Below are positions 19,566 to 31,254 of a stretch of 64,000 nucleotides of DNA, piece by piece. The translations under genes were made by a program, and so were the position numbers. Under the pieces are notes generated by a model. That model saw nothing but the letters and a program-made list of their open reading frames with translations. It did no database searches and was not told where the DNA came from. Every line of letters starts with the position of its first letter. Within the stretch, counting starts at the first letter, position 1. This stretch comes from an uncultured delta proteobacterium (GTDB lineage: Bacteria; Myxococcota_A; Polyangia; Fen-1088), in contig CAWGPW010000016.1 in NCBI GenBank assembly GCA_963824555.1, positions 611,109 to 675,108 on the forward strand, in the 5' to 3' direction.

Positions 19566-19640
19566 GGGAACCCTGGGAGGGTTCCCATTCCCTCCCGCGT
19601 TTTGGCTCCGCCGGGCAAAGCTCGGCTCCGCCATCGCGAC
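19563..19640. repeat. Family-B repeat, inverted copy
   Basis: atgggaaccctgggagggttcccat plus the reverse-complemented core (gcgttttggctccgccgggcaaagctcggctccgcc). Its terminal CAT is the helicase ATG on the minus strand. Confidence 0.8.
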
Positions 19641-19692
19641 TAGTGTAATGAGAGTTTGCAGGCTTGCCAACACGGAGGACATGGAGCTTCGA

Positions 19693-21461
19693 TCATGCCG
19701 CGGGCATGCGAATGGTGAAGGTCGTGCCTTTTCCCACCTGGCTGAGCACGTCGATTGTGCCCCCGTGATCCTCGACGATGCGCGCCGTGGTGGCGAGGCC
19801 AAGGCCCGTCCCGCCGACCTTCTTGGAAAAGAACGGTTCGAAGATATGATCGAGGTCTTGCCGGGCGATGCCTACGCCGGTGTCGCGCACCATGAGGATG
19901 GCCTCGGTGTGAGTCGTGTTCTTCTTGGCCGTGGACAGATAGATCGTCCCGCCCTCGGGCATCGCATCCACGGCGTTGCGCAGGAGATTCCACAGCACCT
20001 GCTGCATTTGTCCGGATGCGGCTTCGACCCACACGCCGGGTTGCGCGTGGAGTTGCAGGTGCACTTCCTTCGTGCGCCGCTCCTGCTCGAAAATCTTGGC
20101 GATCTCGGCGACCATCTCCCCGAGGTCGAGACGCTGGCGATCTTCCGTCCGTGGGCGTGCGTAGTCGAGCAGGTTGCTGATGAGCGCGTTGACCCGGTCG
20201 ACCTCGCGCACGGCGATGTCGACCAGGTTGCAGGTTTCGGCGTCCGCCCCGGAAAGCCGTTTCAGCACCTCGACCGACCCGGAAATACTAGCCAAGGGAT
20301 TGCGAATCTCATGGGCGATGTTCGCGGCCAGGCGGCCGATGCCGGCTAGGCGCTCGGCGCGCGCGACCGCCTGCTCCATTTGGCGCAAATCGGTCAGGTC
20401 CTGAAAGTGGATGACCCGTCCGGTGACATGGCCGGAGTGGTCGGACAGCGGCGTCGCGGAAAGACCCAGGCGGCGTTCGACCCCATCGGCTCGGATGGCA
20501 TCCACCTCGTCGCGCAGAACGCGTCCGAGGGCGCCAGCCTTGGCCAGCACGACGTCGAGCAATGGAATGTGGGTGGCCAGTTTCTGGCCAACCGGTGGGC
20601 CGTTGGTGATTCCCAGGATGTCGCAGGCGGCGTCGTTCATGGTGGTGATGGTGCCGTCGAGCGTGGTGGTGACCAGGCCGGACGAGAGACAGCGAATGGT
20701 GTCCTGGTGCAAGGATGCGAGATCGCCGACCAACTGCTGGTGCCGGGCGAGTCGCTCGCCTGCCTTGCGTCGCTGACGCGCCAGACTGACGCCGAGAGAG
20801 CCAACCGAGATCAGTCCAGCCAGAAAAATCACGATGCGAAAGACCAGGTCTTCTCGCGTGAGATCCCAGGGAAAGACCGTCTGGCCGGTGATCGGGGAAG
20901 GATCTTCAAATAGCCGAGCAGCGAGATGCTGACGAAGAGCAGCGCGCTGGCCAGGGAGACGCTGGCCGCGCCGACACCCTTGGGCAACGCCGACACCGCG
21001 ACGACATCGATGAGGTAGAGAAAGGTGTACCCGCTTTGCGCCCCGCCGGTGGCGTGAACGAGCAGAGTCACCAAGATCAGATCGACCCCGATCTGGATGT
21101 CGGCGAAATGGATCGGATCCTGAATGCGCTTGAGACTGATGGCGTAGGCGAGACTGGCGAGATAGGTGGTGGCCAAAAGGCCAAAGACGAAGCGTCCGAA
21201 CGGGCTGGAAAGGGTTTCCGGCGATCCCAGGGTCCACGCCAGGACCACCACGGACAGCATGAGCACCGTGGCGAGCGCGGTGCGCACGAGCATGAGATAG
21301 GTGACGATTCTCAGGCCTTCGGCGCGCGGCTTGTCGAGCGGGGTCGGTGCGGAAGCAGTGGCTACGAGGGCCAGGGGCGCGACCTGGACCGGGGGAAGCC
21401 CCTCGAGATCCGCGGGTGGCCGAGGGGGCCCATGCGCAGAGCCTTGAGTCGCGTCATCCAT
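19693..21461 (-). CDS. pilS: PilS-like sensor histidine kinase (polytopic N-terminus, PAS, HisKA, HATPase), frame disrupted near 20895
   Basis: The membrane N-terminus is in ORF 20829..21461. PAS plus IAHEIRNPLASISG (H-box) plus the ATPase region (DTGVGI, GGTGLGLA) are in ORF 19693..21237. The frames join at ..GYLKILP / SPITGQTVF.. across a GGGG run at 20894-20897. Located directly after pilC. Confidence 0.7.
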
Positions 21462-21502
21462 CGTGTCGACTTGCCCCTGGCCGCACTTCTACCGACGGTG
21501 CT

Positions 21503-22723
21503 CTAGCTCTTGATGTTGCCGGCCATCTCGAAAATCGGCAGGTACATGGCGATGACCAGACCGCCCACGACGGTGCCCAGGAACACCATCATCAGCGGTT
21601 CGATCATGCTGGTCATGGACGCCACCGCGACATCGACCTCTTCTTCGTAGAAATCCGCGATCTTGGTCAGCATGGCGTCGAGGGCGCCGGTCTGCTCGCC
21701 GACGCTGATCATCTGGACCACCATGGGCGGCATGAGGCCGGTTTCCATGAGCGGCGTGGACATGTCCTTGCCTTCCGAGATGCGCGCGCGAACGAACATG
21801 ATCCCGTCTTGCACCACGACATTGCCCGCGGTCTTGCCCACGATCTCCATGGCGTCGAGAATGGGAACGCCCGAGGACAGGAGGGTGCCCATGGTGCGCG
21901 TAAACCGCGCCACCACGGTCTTGCGCAGGACAGAGCCCAAAATGGGAAGCTTCAGCAACATGCCATCCCAGGCCAGTCGGCCTTTGCGCGTCCTCAAGAT
22001 CATGACCCAGGAGGCATAGAGGAGGACCATCCCGGCAATGATGTAGGGCAGGTAGTTCCGCATGGCGTAGGAGAGATCGATGACGAATTGGGTCGGCTTG
22101 GGCAATTTGCCGCCGCCGAAATCCTTGAACATCTTCTCGAACACCGGGATGACCTTGGTCAACAGAACGACGACGACGATGCCGGCGATGAAAAGGACGA
22201 TGAGCGGATAACTCATGGCGCCCTTCACGCGGCGGCGCAGTTTCTGCGCCTTCTCCATGTATTGGGAAAGGCGCTGCAGAATCGTATCCAAGATGCCACC
22301 CGCCTCGCCCGCCGCGACCAAGTTCACGAAGAGGTTGTCGAAGATCTTGGGGAAGCGGCGCATGGCATCCGACAGGGTGAGGCCACCCTCCACGCTGGTG
22401 CGAATCTGACTCAGAATCTTGCCGAAACGTTTGTTCTCTGCCTGCGACGCCAGGATCTCCAAGCACTGCACGATGGGCAAACCCGCGTCGATCATGGTGG
22501 CAAAGAGGCGGGTGAAGATCACGATATCCTTGATGGTGACGCCCGTGCCGATGGTGGGCAGGGTGATCTGTATCGGCTGCTTCTTCACCGTCACGGGTGA
22601 GAGCTGCTGCATCTTGAGCTTGTTGTGGACGGCCTCGGCGGTCTCGGCCTCCATGACGCCCTTCTTGACGTCACCCGTGCGCGTGCGCGCTTCCCAAATG
22701 AAGGCTTTCATTTGCGTTGCCAT
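21503..22723 (-). CDS. pilC: Type IV pilus platform protein PilC (GspF family)
   Basis: 406 aa. Duplicated GspF-type domain (..LSDAMRRFPKIF.. and ..IVGKTAGN.., EQTGALDAML) with three TM segments. Confidence 0.9.
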   Translation of the reverse strand: MATQMKAFIWEARTRTGDVKKGVMEAETAEAVHNKLKMQQLSPVTVKKQPIQITLPTIGTGVTIKDIVIFTRLFATMIDAGLPIVQCLEILASQAENKRFGKILSQIRTSVEGGLTLSDAMRRFPKIFDNLFVNLVAAGEAGGILDTILQRLSQYMEKAQKLRRRVKGAMSYPLIVLFIAGIVVVVLLTKVIPVFEKMFKDFGGGKLPKPTQFVIDLSYAMRNYLPYIIAGMVLLYASWVMILRTRKGRLAWDGMLLKLPILGSVLRKTVVARFTRTMGTLLSSGVPILDAMEIVGKTAGNVVVQDGIMFVRARISEGKDMSTPLMETGLMPPMVVQMISVGEQTGALDAMLTKIADFYEEEVDVAVASMTSMIEPLMMVFLGTVVGGLVIAMYLPIFEMAGNIKS

Positions 22724-22737
22724 GGCTGCTTATCCTC

Positions 22738-23883
22738 TCATCCTCTTCCCATGGGCGATCTGCCGGCGGGCCTGCCGGGCGCTGCACCGCCAGCTGAAAT
22801 GATCTGCTCCAGCTCGTCAGGCTCCGAGCTGTGGCTCATCGCCTCTTCGAGCGAGACCTGCCGACGCAAATACAGACTGGCCAGACTTTGGTTCATGGTC
22901 TGCATCCCGGACTTCCCCTGTCCGATTTGCATGATGGAGTAGATTTGGTGGATCTTGTCCTCGCGAATGAGATTGCGAATGGCGGCGTTGGGGATCATGA
23001 CCTCCAGCGCGGGAATGCGGCCTTGCCCGGATGCGCGCGGCAAGAGCGCTTGGCTGATGATTCCTTCGAGGACAAAGGAAAGCTGCGCGCGGATCTGCGA
23101 CTGTTGGGTCGGAGGGAAGACGTCGATGATGCGGTTGATGGTCTGCACCGCCGAGTTCGTGTGCAAGGTGGCGAAACACAGGTGGCCGGTTTCCGCCGTC
23201 ACCAGCGCCGCCTCGATGGTTTCGAGATCACGCATTTCGCCGATGAGCACGACGTCCGGATCCTGGCGCAGGATGTACTTGAGCGCCTTCTTGAAGGTGT
23301 CGGTGTCGGCGCCGATTTCGCGCTGATTGATGAGGCACTTCTTGTGCGGGTGCAGGTATTCGATGGGATCTTCGATGGTGATGATGTGCTCGTGCCGCTC
23401 GGAATTGATCTTGTCGATCATGGCCGCCAGCGAGGTGGTCTTGCCCGAGCCCGTGGGCCCGGTCACCAAAACCATTCCACGCGGCTTGTTGCACAGCTCT
23501 TCGATGACAGGCGGCAAGCCCAGATCGCCGAAGCTTTTCACCTGAAACGGGACCGTTCGAAAGGCGCCGCCCACCGCGCCCCGTTGCATGAAGAGGTTGG
23601 CGCGAAAACGTGCGACCCCGCGCACGCCGAAGGAAAAATCGAGCTCTTTGTCTTCCTCGAAACGTAGCTTCTGGGTGTCGGTCAAGACCGAGTAGCACAG
23701 TTGCTTGGTGTCCACCGGCGAGAGCTGGTTCACCCGCAGAGGCACGAGAACGCCGTCGATACGCAATTGCGGCGGCGACCCCGTGGTGATGTGAAGGTCC
23801 GAGGCCCCCTGCTCGACCATCGCCTTCAAGAGCTGTTGTAGGTTGACGTTGAGCCCACTCGCAGGTGCCGGCGTGGTGTCCAA
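22738..23883 (-). CDS. pilT: Twitching-motility retraction ATPase PilT
   Basis: 381 aa. GASDLHIT, Walker A GPTGSGKTTSLAAMI, ILRQDPDVVLIGEMRD, ETGHLCFATLHTNSA. Confidence 0.92.
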   Translation of the reverse strand: MDTTPAPASGLNVNLQQLLKAMVEQGASDLHITTGSPPQLRIDGVLVPLRVNQLSPVDTKQLCYSVLTDTQKLRFEEDKELDFSFGVRGVARFRANLFMQRGAVGGAFRTVPFQVKSFGDLGLPPVIEELCNKPRGMVLVTGPTGSGKTTSLAAMIDKINSERHEHIITIEDPIEYLHPHKKCLINQREIGADTDTFKKALKYILRQDPDVVLIGEMRDLETIEAALVTAETGHLCFATLHTNSAVQTINRIIDVFPPTQQSQIRAQLSFVLEGIISQALLPRASGQGRIPALEVMIPNAAIRNLIREDKIHQIYSIMQIGQGKSGMQTMNQSLASLYLRRQVSLEEAMSHSSEPDELEQIISAGGAAPGRPAGRSPMGRG

Positions 23884-23893
23884 ACTGCCTCCT

Positions 23894-25594
23894 CTAGTCG
23901 GCGGCCGTGATACGCGCCACCTCTTCGACGGAGGTGATTCCCTGACAAATCTTGCGGATGCCTGACATGCGCAGCGAGCGCATCCCGCGCCGAACGGCCT
24001 CGGCCTTGATCTCCACGGCGGCCGCCCCCTGCAACACCAGCTCCTTGAGCGGGTCGGTGAACGGCATGACTTCGTAGAGCGCCAGGCGACCCTTGTAGCC
24101 GGTCATGCCACAGGTTTGGCAACCGGCGCCGTGCATGCACGCGGCCGTGTCGATCTCGGCATCGGTGGCGCCCAACAACTTGAGCTCGTCCTTGGGTGTT
24201 GGGATGGGTTGTTTGCAATTCACGCACAGCTTGCGCACGAGACGTTGCGCCTGCACCAGTTGCACGGCGGCCGTGACCAAGAAGGGCTCTACGCCCATGT
24301 TGAGCAAACGCGTGATGGTCGAGGGCGCGTCGTTGGTGTGCAGGGTCGAAAGCACGAGGTGGCCAGTGAGCGCGGCCTTGATGCCGATCTCGGCGGTTTC
24401 GAAATCGCGGATCTCGCCGATCATGATGATGTCGGGATCCTGGCGCAGGAACGAGCGCAGGGCCGCGGCGAAGTTGAGCCCGATGTCCTCGTGCATTTGC
24501 ACCTGGTTGATGCCGGCGAGGTTGAACTCGACAGGATCCTCGGCGGTGCAGATATTGTCGGCGATTTGGTTCAGCTCGGAAAGCGCCGAGTAGAGCGTGG
24601 TGGTCTTGCCCGAACCGGTGGGCCCGGTGACCAGCACCATGCCGAAGGGCGATTCGATGGCCTTCTTGAAATCGCCAAGCTGGTCCTCCTCGAAACCCAG
24701 CTTGGTCATGTCGAGCTGAAGGTTGCCCTTGTCGAGAAGACGAAGAACGATCTTCTCGCCGAACAAGGTGGGCAGAACCGAGACGCGGAAGTCCATCTCC
24801 TTGTTGGCCCCGACCTTGAGCTTGATGCGTCCGTCCTGCGGCAGGCGGCGCTCGGCGATATCGAGGTGGGACATGATCTTGAGACGGCTCGATAGCGCGG
24901 CCTTCAGCTTCACCGGCGGCGACATCTCCTCGTGCAGCACGCCGTCGACTCGGTAACGCACGCGGTAGCTCTTCTCGTACGGCTCGACGTGGATATCGGA
25001 GGCCCCCTTCTGGATGGCAGAGAGCAGGATGTGGTTGCACAACTTGACCACGGGGGCGTCGTCGGCGGCCTTCTCCAGGTCCAGCGAGTTGACGTCCTCC
25101 TCAGAGGAGGCGCCCACCTCGACCTGCTCCTGGATCTCGTTCATCACCTGGTTGATGTCGAGCTCGTTCTGGCCGCGCTCGTAGTACTTCTCGATGGCCT
25201 CGGAGATGCTGACCTCGGACGCGACCACCACCTCGATGTTGTAACCGGTGACGAACTTGGAATCGTCGATGGCGAGGATGTTGGAAGGATCGGCGATGGC
25301 GATGATCAGCGACGAGCCGGCACGATTCACCGGAATGACACGGTGCCGTTCGACGACTTCTTTGGGCAACAGCGTGATGACTTCGCGATCGATCTCGAAT
25401 TCGGAAAGGTTGATGGCGGGAACGCCGTACTGCTTGGACAGAAACTGGGTGAGGTCATCCTCTTGGATGGCGCCCACCTTGATGAGGGTATTCCCCAGGC
25501 GCTCGCCTGACTTTTTGCTCTCTTCCTGAGCGCGTTGAAGCTGCTCGGGCGAGATGATTTGGTCCCGGAGCAGTAGCTCCCCGAGTCGACTCAT
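23894..25594 (-). CDS. pilB: Type IV pilus assembly ATPase PilB (GspE family)
   Basis: 566 aa. N-terminal GSPII_E_N-like domain, Walker A GPTGSGKTTTLYS, FLRQDPDIIMIGEIRD, tetracysteine CVNC..CQTC. Confidence 0.92.
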   Translation of the reverse strand: MSRLGELLLRDQIISPEQLQRAQEESKKSGERLGNTLIKVGAIQEDDLTQFLSKQYGVPAINLSEFEIDREVITLLPKEVVERHRVIPVNRAGSSLIIAIADPSNILAIDDSKFVTGYNIEVVVASEVSISEAIEKYYERGQNELDINQVMNEIQEQVEVGASSEEDVNSLDLEKAADDAPVVKLCNHILLSAIQKGASDIHVEPYEKSYRVRYRVDGVLHEEMSPPVKLKAALSSRLKIMSHLDIAERRLPQDGRIKLKVGANKEMDFRVSVLPTLFGEKIVLRLLDKGNLQLDMTKLGFEEDQLGDFKKAIESPFGMVLVTGPTGSGKTTTLYSALSELNQIADNICTAEDPVEFNLAGINQVQMHEDIGLNFAAALRSFLRQDPDIIMIGEIRDFETAEIGIKAALTGHLVLSTLHTNDAPSTITRLLNMGVEPFLVTAAVQLVQAQRLVRKLCVNCKQPIPTPKDELKLLGATDAEIDTAACMHGAGCQTCGMTGYKGRLALYEVMPFTDPLKELVLQGAAAVEIKAEAVRRGMRSLRMSGIRKICQGITSVEEVARITAAD

Positions 25595-25772
25595 GTTTCC
25601 CCTAAGAACCGTCGGCAGATAAGAACGGCTGCTTGAGCCAATGATCGTAACAGTGGGTCAGCGCCGAGGCAAGATCATCGCTCGTGGATCGACGCCGGTG
25701 ACGCAGAACGCGTCAGTCAGATTGGCCCTTCGGGTCGGACCCCATGCATACCCGAACGAACGCGGGTCCCAA

Positions 25773-26837
25773 TCAGTTGTCGAAGGGATCCGCGTAACCG
25801 CTGCTCTTGACTTTCTTTGCCTTGGGGGTCTTCGCCACGGGCACCACCTTGGTTCCGGCGGCCGGCGCCCTCGGGGCGGGCCTGGGCGCGGCGACGTGGG
25901 CGGAGGCGGCCTTGCGACCAGGGGCCCTGTGGGCCTTGGCCTGTGCCCTCTCGTTCTCAGGCGCGGCACCCTCTGCCGCGGCTTCCGCCGGAGCCGCGGC
26001 CCCGGGTTCGGCTGCTGCCGGCGGCGGTACGGCGACAGGCGCGCTCGGTGGGAGTGGCTCGACGTGGGCGGGCGGCGGCGCAGGTGGTAGCGACGGTGCG
26101 GGCGCCACGACCACCGCGGGCTGTGGCGCGGGCGTGGGCATGAGCAGCTTGAGCACCAACACCGCAAGGATCATCCCGCCCAGAACCAACAGCCCGCCCA
26201 GCATCAGATAGAGCAACCTCGATTTGGCCCCGCCGTTCTCGACGGCCATGGGTTCCGTGAGAGCTGGCCGCATCTCCTCTTGCACGATGATGTGTGCTTG
26301 TGATCGAGAGCCCGTGCGGCCTTCGCGATACGCGGCTTCTTGCTCTTCGGCGACGAGCGGATTGTCCGTCACCAAGGTGCGTTCGTCGGTGGGCGGGGCA
26401 ACCAGGAAGCTGGGCGAAGATGGGAGCTGAAACGCCACTGCCGGTGGCGTTGGAGCCGTCGGAGGCACCATGGACTCGGGCGGCGGCAGCGTCGCGGCCA
26501 GGGCGGGCATGGCAGGCTCGGGTTCGGGAGGCTTGGCCGGAAGCACCAGCTTGGCCAACAAGTCCTCGTAGGCGAGGTTCGTCGCCTCGCCAGGTTCCTC
26601 GACGCTGTCGTTTTCTTCCACATCCTCCGCAACCGGCGAGGGCGGTGGCGGCATGAACGTGCTCACCAATGCGGGCCCAGGCGTCTCGAGCATGACGTCA
26701 AGACCGTCATCCACAGACTGATCACCCTCAACGCGACTCTGATGGGATTCGTCTTCGACCAGGAGGTCAGCGATGTCATCGACGGATGCCTCAGGGGATC
26801 CATCGGCCTTTCGTGTCGGCCCGGGGCCAGTCGACAT
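25773..26837 (-). CDS. Pro/Ala-rich single-pass membrane protein (hypothetical)
   Basis: MSTGPGP.. start at 26837 after AAAGGAA. Acidic N-terminal region, TM LLYLMLGGLLVLGGMILAVLVLKLL, long P/A-rich region and basic tail KTPKAKKVKSS. Lies immediately upstream of pilB on the same strand. Confidence 0.55.
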   Translation of the reverse strand: MSTGPGPTRKADGSPEASVDDIADLLVEDESHQSRVEGDQSVDDGLDVMLETPGPALVSTFMPPPPSPVAEDVEENDSVEEPGEATNLAYEDLLAKLVLPAKPPEPEPAMPALAATLPPPESMVPPTAPTPPAVAFQLPSSPSFLVAPPTDERTLVTDNPLVAEEQEAAYREGRTGSRSQAHIIVQEEMRPALTEPMAVENGGAKSRLLYLMLGGLLVLGGMILAVLVLKLLMPTPAPQPAVVVAPAPSLPPAPPPAHVEPLPPSAPVAVPPPAAAEPGAAAPAEAAAEGAAPENERAQAKAHRAPGRKAASAHVAAPRPAPRAPAAGTKVVPVAKTPKAKKVKSSGYADPFDN

Positions 26838-27104
26838 TGGGTAATTCCTTTCTGCAGCCTCACCGCGAAAACGTGGAGGCAAGGTGGGAGAAGGGAAGTT
26901 TCTTGTCGGAGGGCTACAAAGTCAATCCCTGACGTACAGCTCGCCACGTTTGACACTTGACGGCCCCGTACTAAGGTTGCTCCCCTGTCGCTGCAGGTCG
27001 ACAACCCCATGCCCAATCAAGCTCACCGTCCAACGCGTCGTGTCTCACACTCAGGCCGTCAAGGGAAGGAGCCCGCGCAGTCTGATTCACGCCGCGCCGG
27101 TGGA

Positions 27105-28310
27105 ATGTCGTTGCGACAGGGTGTCTACCGCCTGACCGACGATGTAGCAAGACGCGTAAAGCTGGGCCATCCCTGGGTCTTTCGCGAGGCGTTTGGCGCA
27201 CGCAAGGTCACCGAGTCAACCGGAAGCCTGGTGGATTTGGTTTCCAACAACCGGACCTTTCTGGCGCGCGGATTCGTGGATGGAGACCACCCGATCGCGG
27301 TCCGCATCGTCACGCGCGACGCGGACGAGCGAGTGCACCCGGGATCGGGGGCCATTGCCGCGCGATTCCAGCGCGCGGTGAAACTGCGCTGGCAAGTCCT
27401 GGGCAGCAAGCGCCCGACCGCCCTACGGCTCTTTTCGGGCGAAAACGAAGGACTGCCCGGGGTGACTGTCGACCGCTACGGTGACTTCGTGGTCGTGCAG
27501 TGGCTCTCGGCTGGCGCCCTGCCCTGGCGGGATGAGCTCTACGAGGCCATCACCGCTTCTGTCGCTCCGCGGGGTATCTACGACCAGAAACGTGTGCGCT
27601 CGCTCGGGGGCCAGCCCGCCCCCGAACCCGCGGTCAGGGTATGGGGCGACGAGGCACCCCTCGAGATCTTGGTCGAGGAGGATGGCTGCCACTTCGCCGT
27701 CGACGTGACCGCGCCCCTCGGGGTCGGATTCTTCCCGGACATGCGGCTTGGCCGCGATGCCGTCGCACGCCGAGCTGCCGATCGTCGGGTGCTCAACCTA
27801 TTTTCCTACACCGGGGCCTTCTCCGTGCGCGCGGCCAAGGCGGGCGCCACGGAGGTGGTCGCCGTCGATACCTCGGCCAAAGCCCACGCGCGCGCGCGCC
27901 GCAACTACGAGCTGTCCGGACTCGATGCAAACCGCGTGGAGCTGGTCACCGCGGACGCCATGAAGACGCTGGAACGCTTCGCCGATCGCAAGCGCACCTT
28001 CGACATGGTGGTTTGCGATCCGCCGACCTTTTCGCACGGCCAGGGCCGGCCCTTCTCCGCCACCTCGGATCTCGGCCAACTGGCGGGCACTGCCGCTTCG
28101 GTGCTGGCGCCCGGCGGCTTTCTTGCCTTCGCCACCAACGCGGCGAAGCTGTCATCCGCCGACGTCGACCGCGCCATCGCCGAGGGCGCGGCCGCCTTCG
28201 GGCACGACCTACGTATCATCGAACGCCATGGACTGCCTGTGGACTTTCCCGTCAACCCCGGCTTTCCCGAGGGCAACTACCTCAAGTTCGTGCTCGCGGT
28301 GAAGGCGTAG
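27105..28310 (+). CDS. rlmI: Class I SAM-dependent rRNA methyltransferase, RlmI-like (PUA-like N-terminus plus Rossmann fold)
   Basis: VLNLFSYTGAFSVRAAKAGATEVVAVDTS and FDMVVCDPPTFS motifs. The ATG at 27105 is preferred to the tracked 27009. Confidence 0.7.
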   Translation: MSLRQGVYRLTDDVARRVKLGHPWVFREAFGARKVTESTGSLVDLVSNNRTFLARGFVDGDHPIAVRIVTRDADERVHPGSGAIAARFQRAVKLRWQVLGSKRPTALRLFSGENEGLPGVTVDRYGDFVVVQWLSAGALPWRDELYEAITASVAPRGIYDQKRVRSLGGQPAPEPAVRVWGDEAPLEILVEEDGCHFAVDVTAPLGVGFFPDMRLGRDAVARRAADRRVLNLFSYTGAFSVRAAKAGATEVVAVDTSAKAHARARRNYELSGLDANRVELVTADAMKTLERFADRKRTFDMVVCDPPTFSHGQGRPFSATSDLGQLAGTAASVLAPGGFLAFATNAAKLSSADVDRAIAEGAAAFGHDLRIIERHGLPVDFPVNPGFPEGNYLKFVLAVKA

Positions 28311-28356
28311 AACACCGAACGGGTTGAATTCCCCGTGAATCCAAGGGATTGCGCAG
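28308..28356. repeat. Family-D half element (TAGAACACCGAACGGGTTGA..)
   Basis: Matches the left arm of the 41945-42105 element. Its first three bases are the rlmI stop codon. Confidence 0.65.
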
Positions 28357-28377
28357 CACTGCCGTGGCCCCTTTTTT

Positions 28378-28480
28378 TCACCACAGAGAACACAGAGGCC
28401 CGGAAAATAAAGGGTTCTCCGGATCTCGATCCGAACCCTTCATTTCTCATACGTCTCCGTGTTCTCTGTGTCCTCTGTAG
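28378..28480. repeat. Family-A hairpin repeat, copy 2 (best-formed)
   Basis: caccacagagaacacagag..ccggatctcgatccg..ctccgtgttctctgtgtcctctgtag. Lies between convergent rlmI and thiE. Confidence 0.8.
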
Positions 28481-28513
28481 TTAGAAGCCGGAAATTGCGC
28501 GGCGGCGTTGCCC

Positions 28514-29161
28514 CTACGCGGCGGCAAAAACCAGAGCGATGCGCCGACCAGCGAGCGTTCGGTCAGAGGCGCCATCGACAGCGGCGATCGCGGCTGCGGC
28601 GCTGGCCCCAGCCCGCGCCACCGCGGCCACGTTGTCGAGGGTGATGCCACCGATGGCCACCACTGGAACGCGGATCGCCTCCGCGACTTCGCGCAAGGCG
28701 GAAAGTCCCACGGCGGGATCGGCGTCGGCCTTGGTTTGCGTTTGGAACACGGGACCGAATCCGATGTGGTCGGCGCCTCTGGCGACCGCCGCCTTGGCTT
28801 GTTCGAGGTCGTGGGCCGAGACGCCGATGGCGAGCGCGTGGGCGCGTGCCGCGCTTCGAACCCGCACTGCTTCTGCCAGTGGCAGGTCGCCCTGTCCGAG
28901 GTGGATGGCGTCGGCCCCGACCGCCAGGGCCACGTCCAGGCGATCGTTCACGCACAAGGGAATGCCGTGCTGGGTACACAGCGGCCGCAGGGCATGCCCG
29001 AGCTCGCACAGCGCCGCAAGGCCGAGCTGCTTGGCCCGAAGCTGCAGGCAACACGGCTCGGCCGCCACAAGCTCGCTAGCGTGACGGATCTCCGCCGGCA
29101 GATCGAGAGAAGTTCCCAGCACGTCCAGAATTGCGTAGTAGCCTTGAATCCGCAGCGTCAT
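28514..29161 (-). CDS. thiE: Thiamine-phosphate synthase
   Basis: [13 protein letters not shown].., [50 protein letters not shown]. Start at 29161. Confidence 0.85.
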   Translation of the reverse strand: MTLRIQGYYAILDVLGTSLDLPAEIRHASELVAAEPCCLQLRAKQLGLAALCELGHALRPLCTQHGIPLCVNDRLDVALAVGADAIHLGQGDLPLAEAVRVRSAARAHALAIGVSAHDLEQAKAAVARGADHIGFGPVFQTQTKADADPAVGLSALREVAEAIRVPVVAIGGITLDNVAAVARAGASAAAAIAAVDGASDRTLAGRRIALVFAAA

Positions 29162-29216
29162 GGCAGTGCCAGGTTTTGGCACAGTCGCTGCCAAACGTCG
29201 ATTCAGGGATTTCTTC

Positions 29217-31217
<2,001 letters not shown>

Positions 31218-31254
31218 GCAGTCGCGCGGGGAGCCAGCTTTGCTGGCAGCGCAC

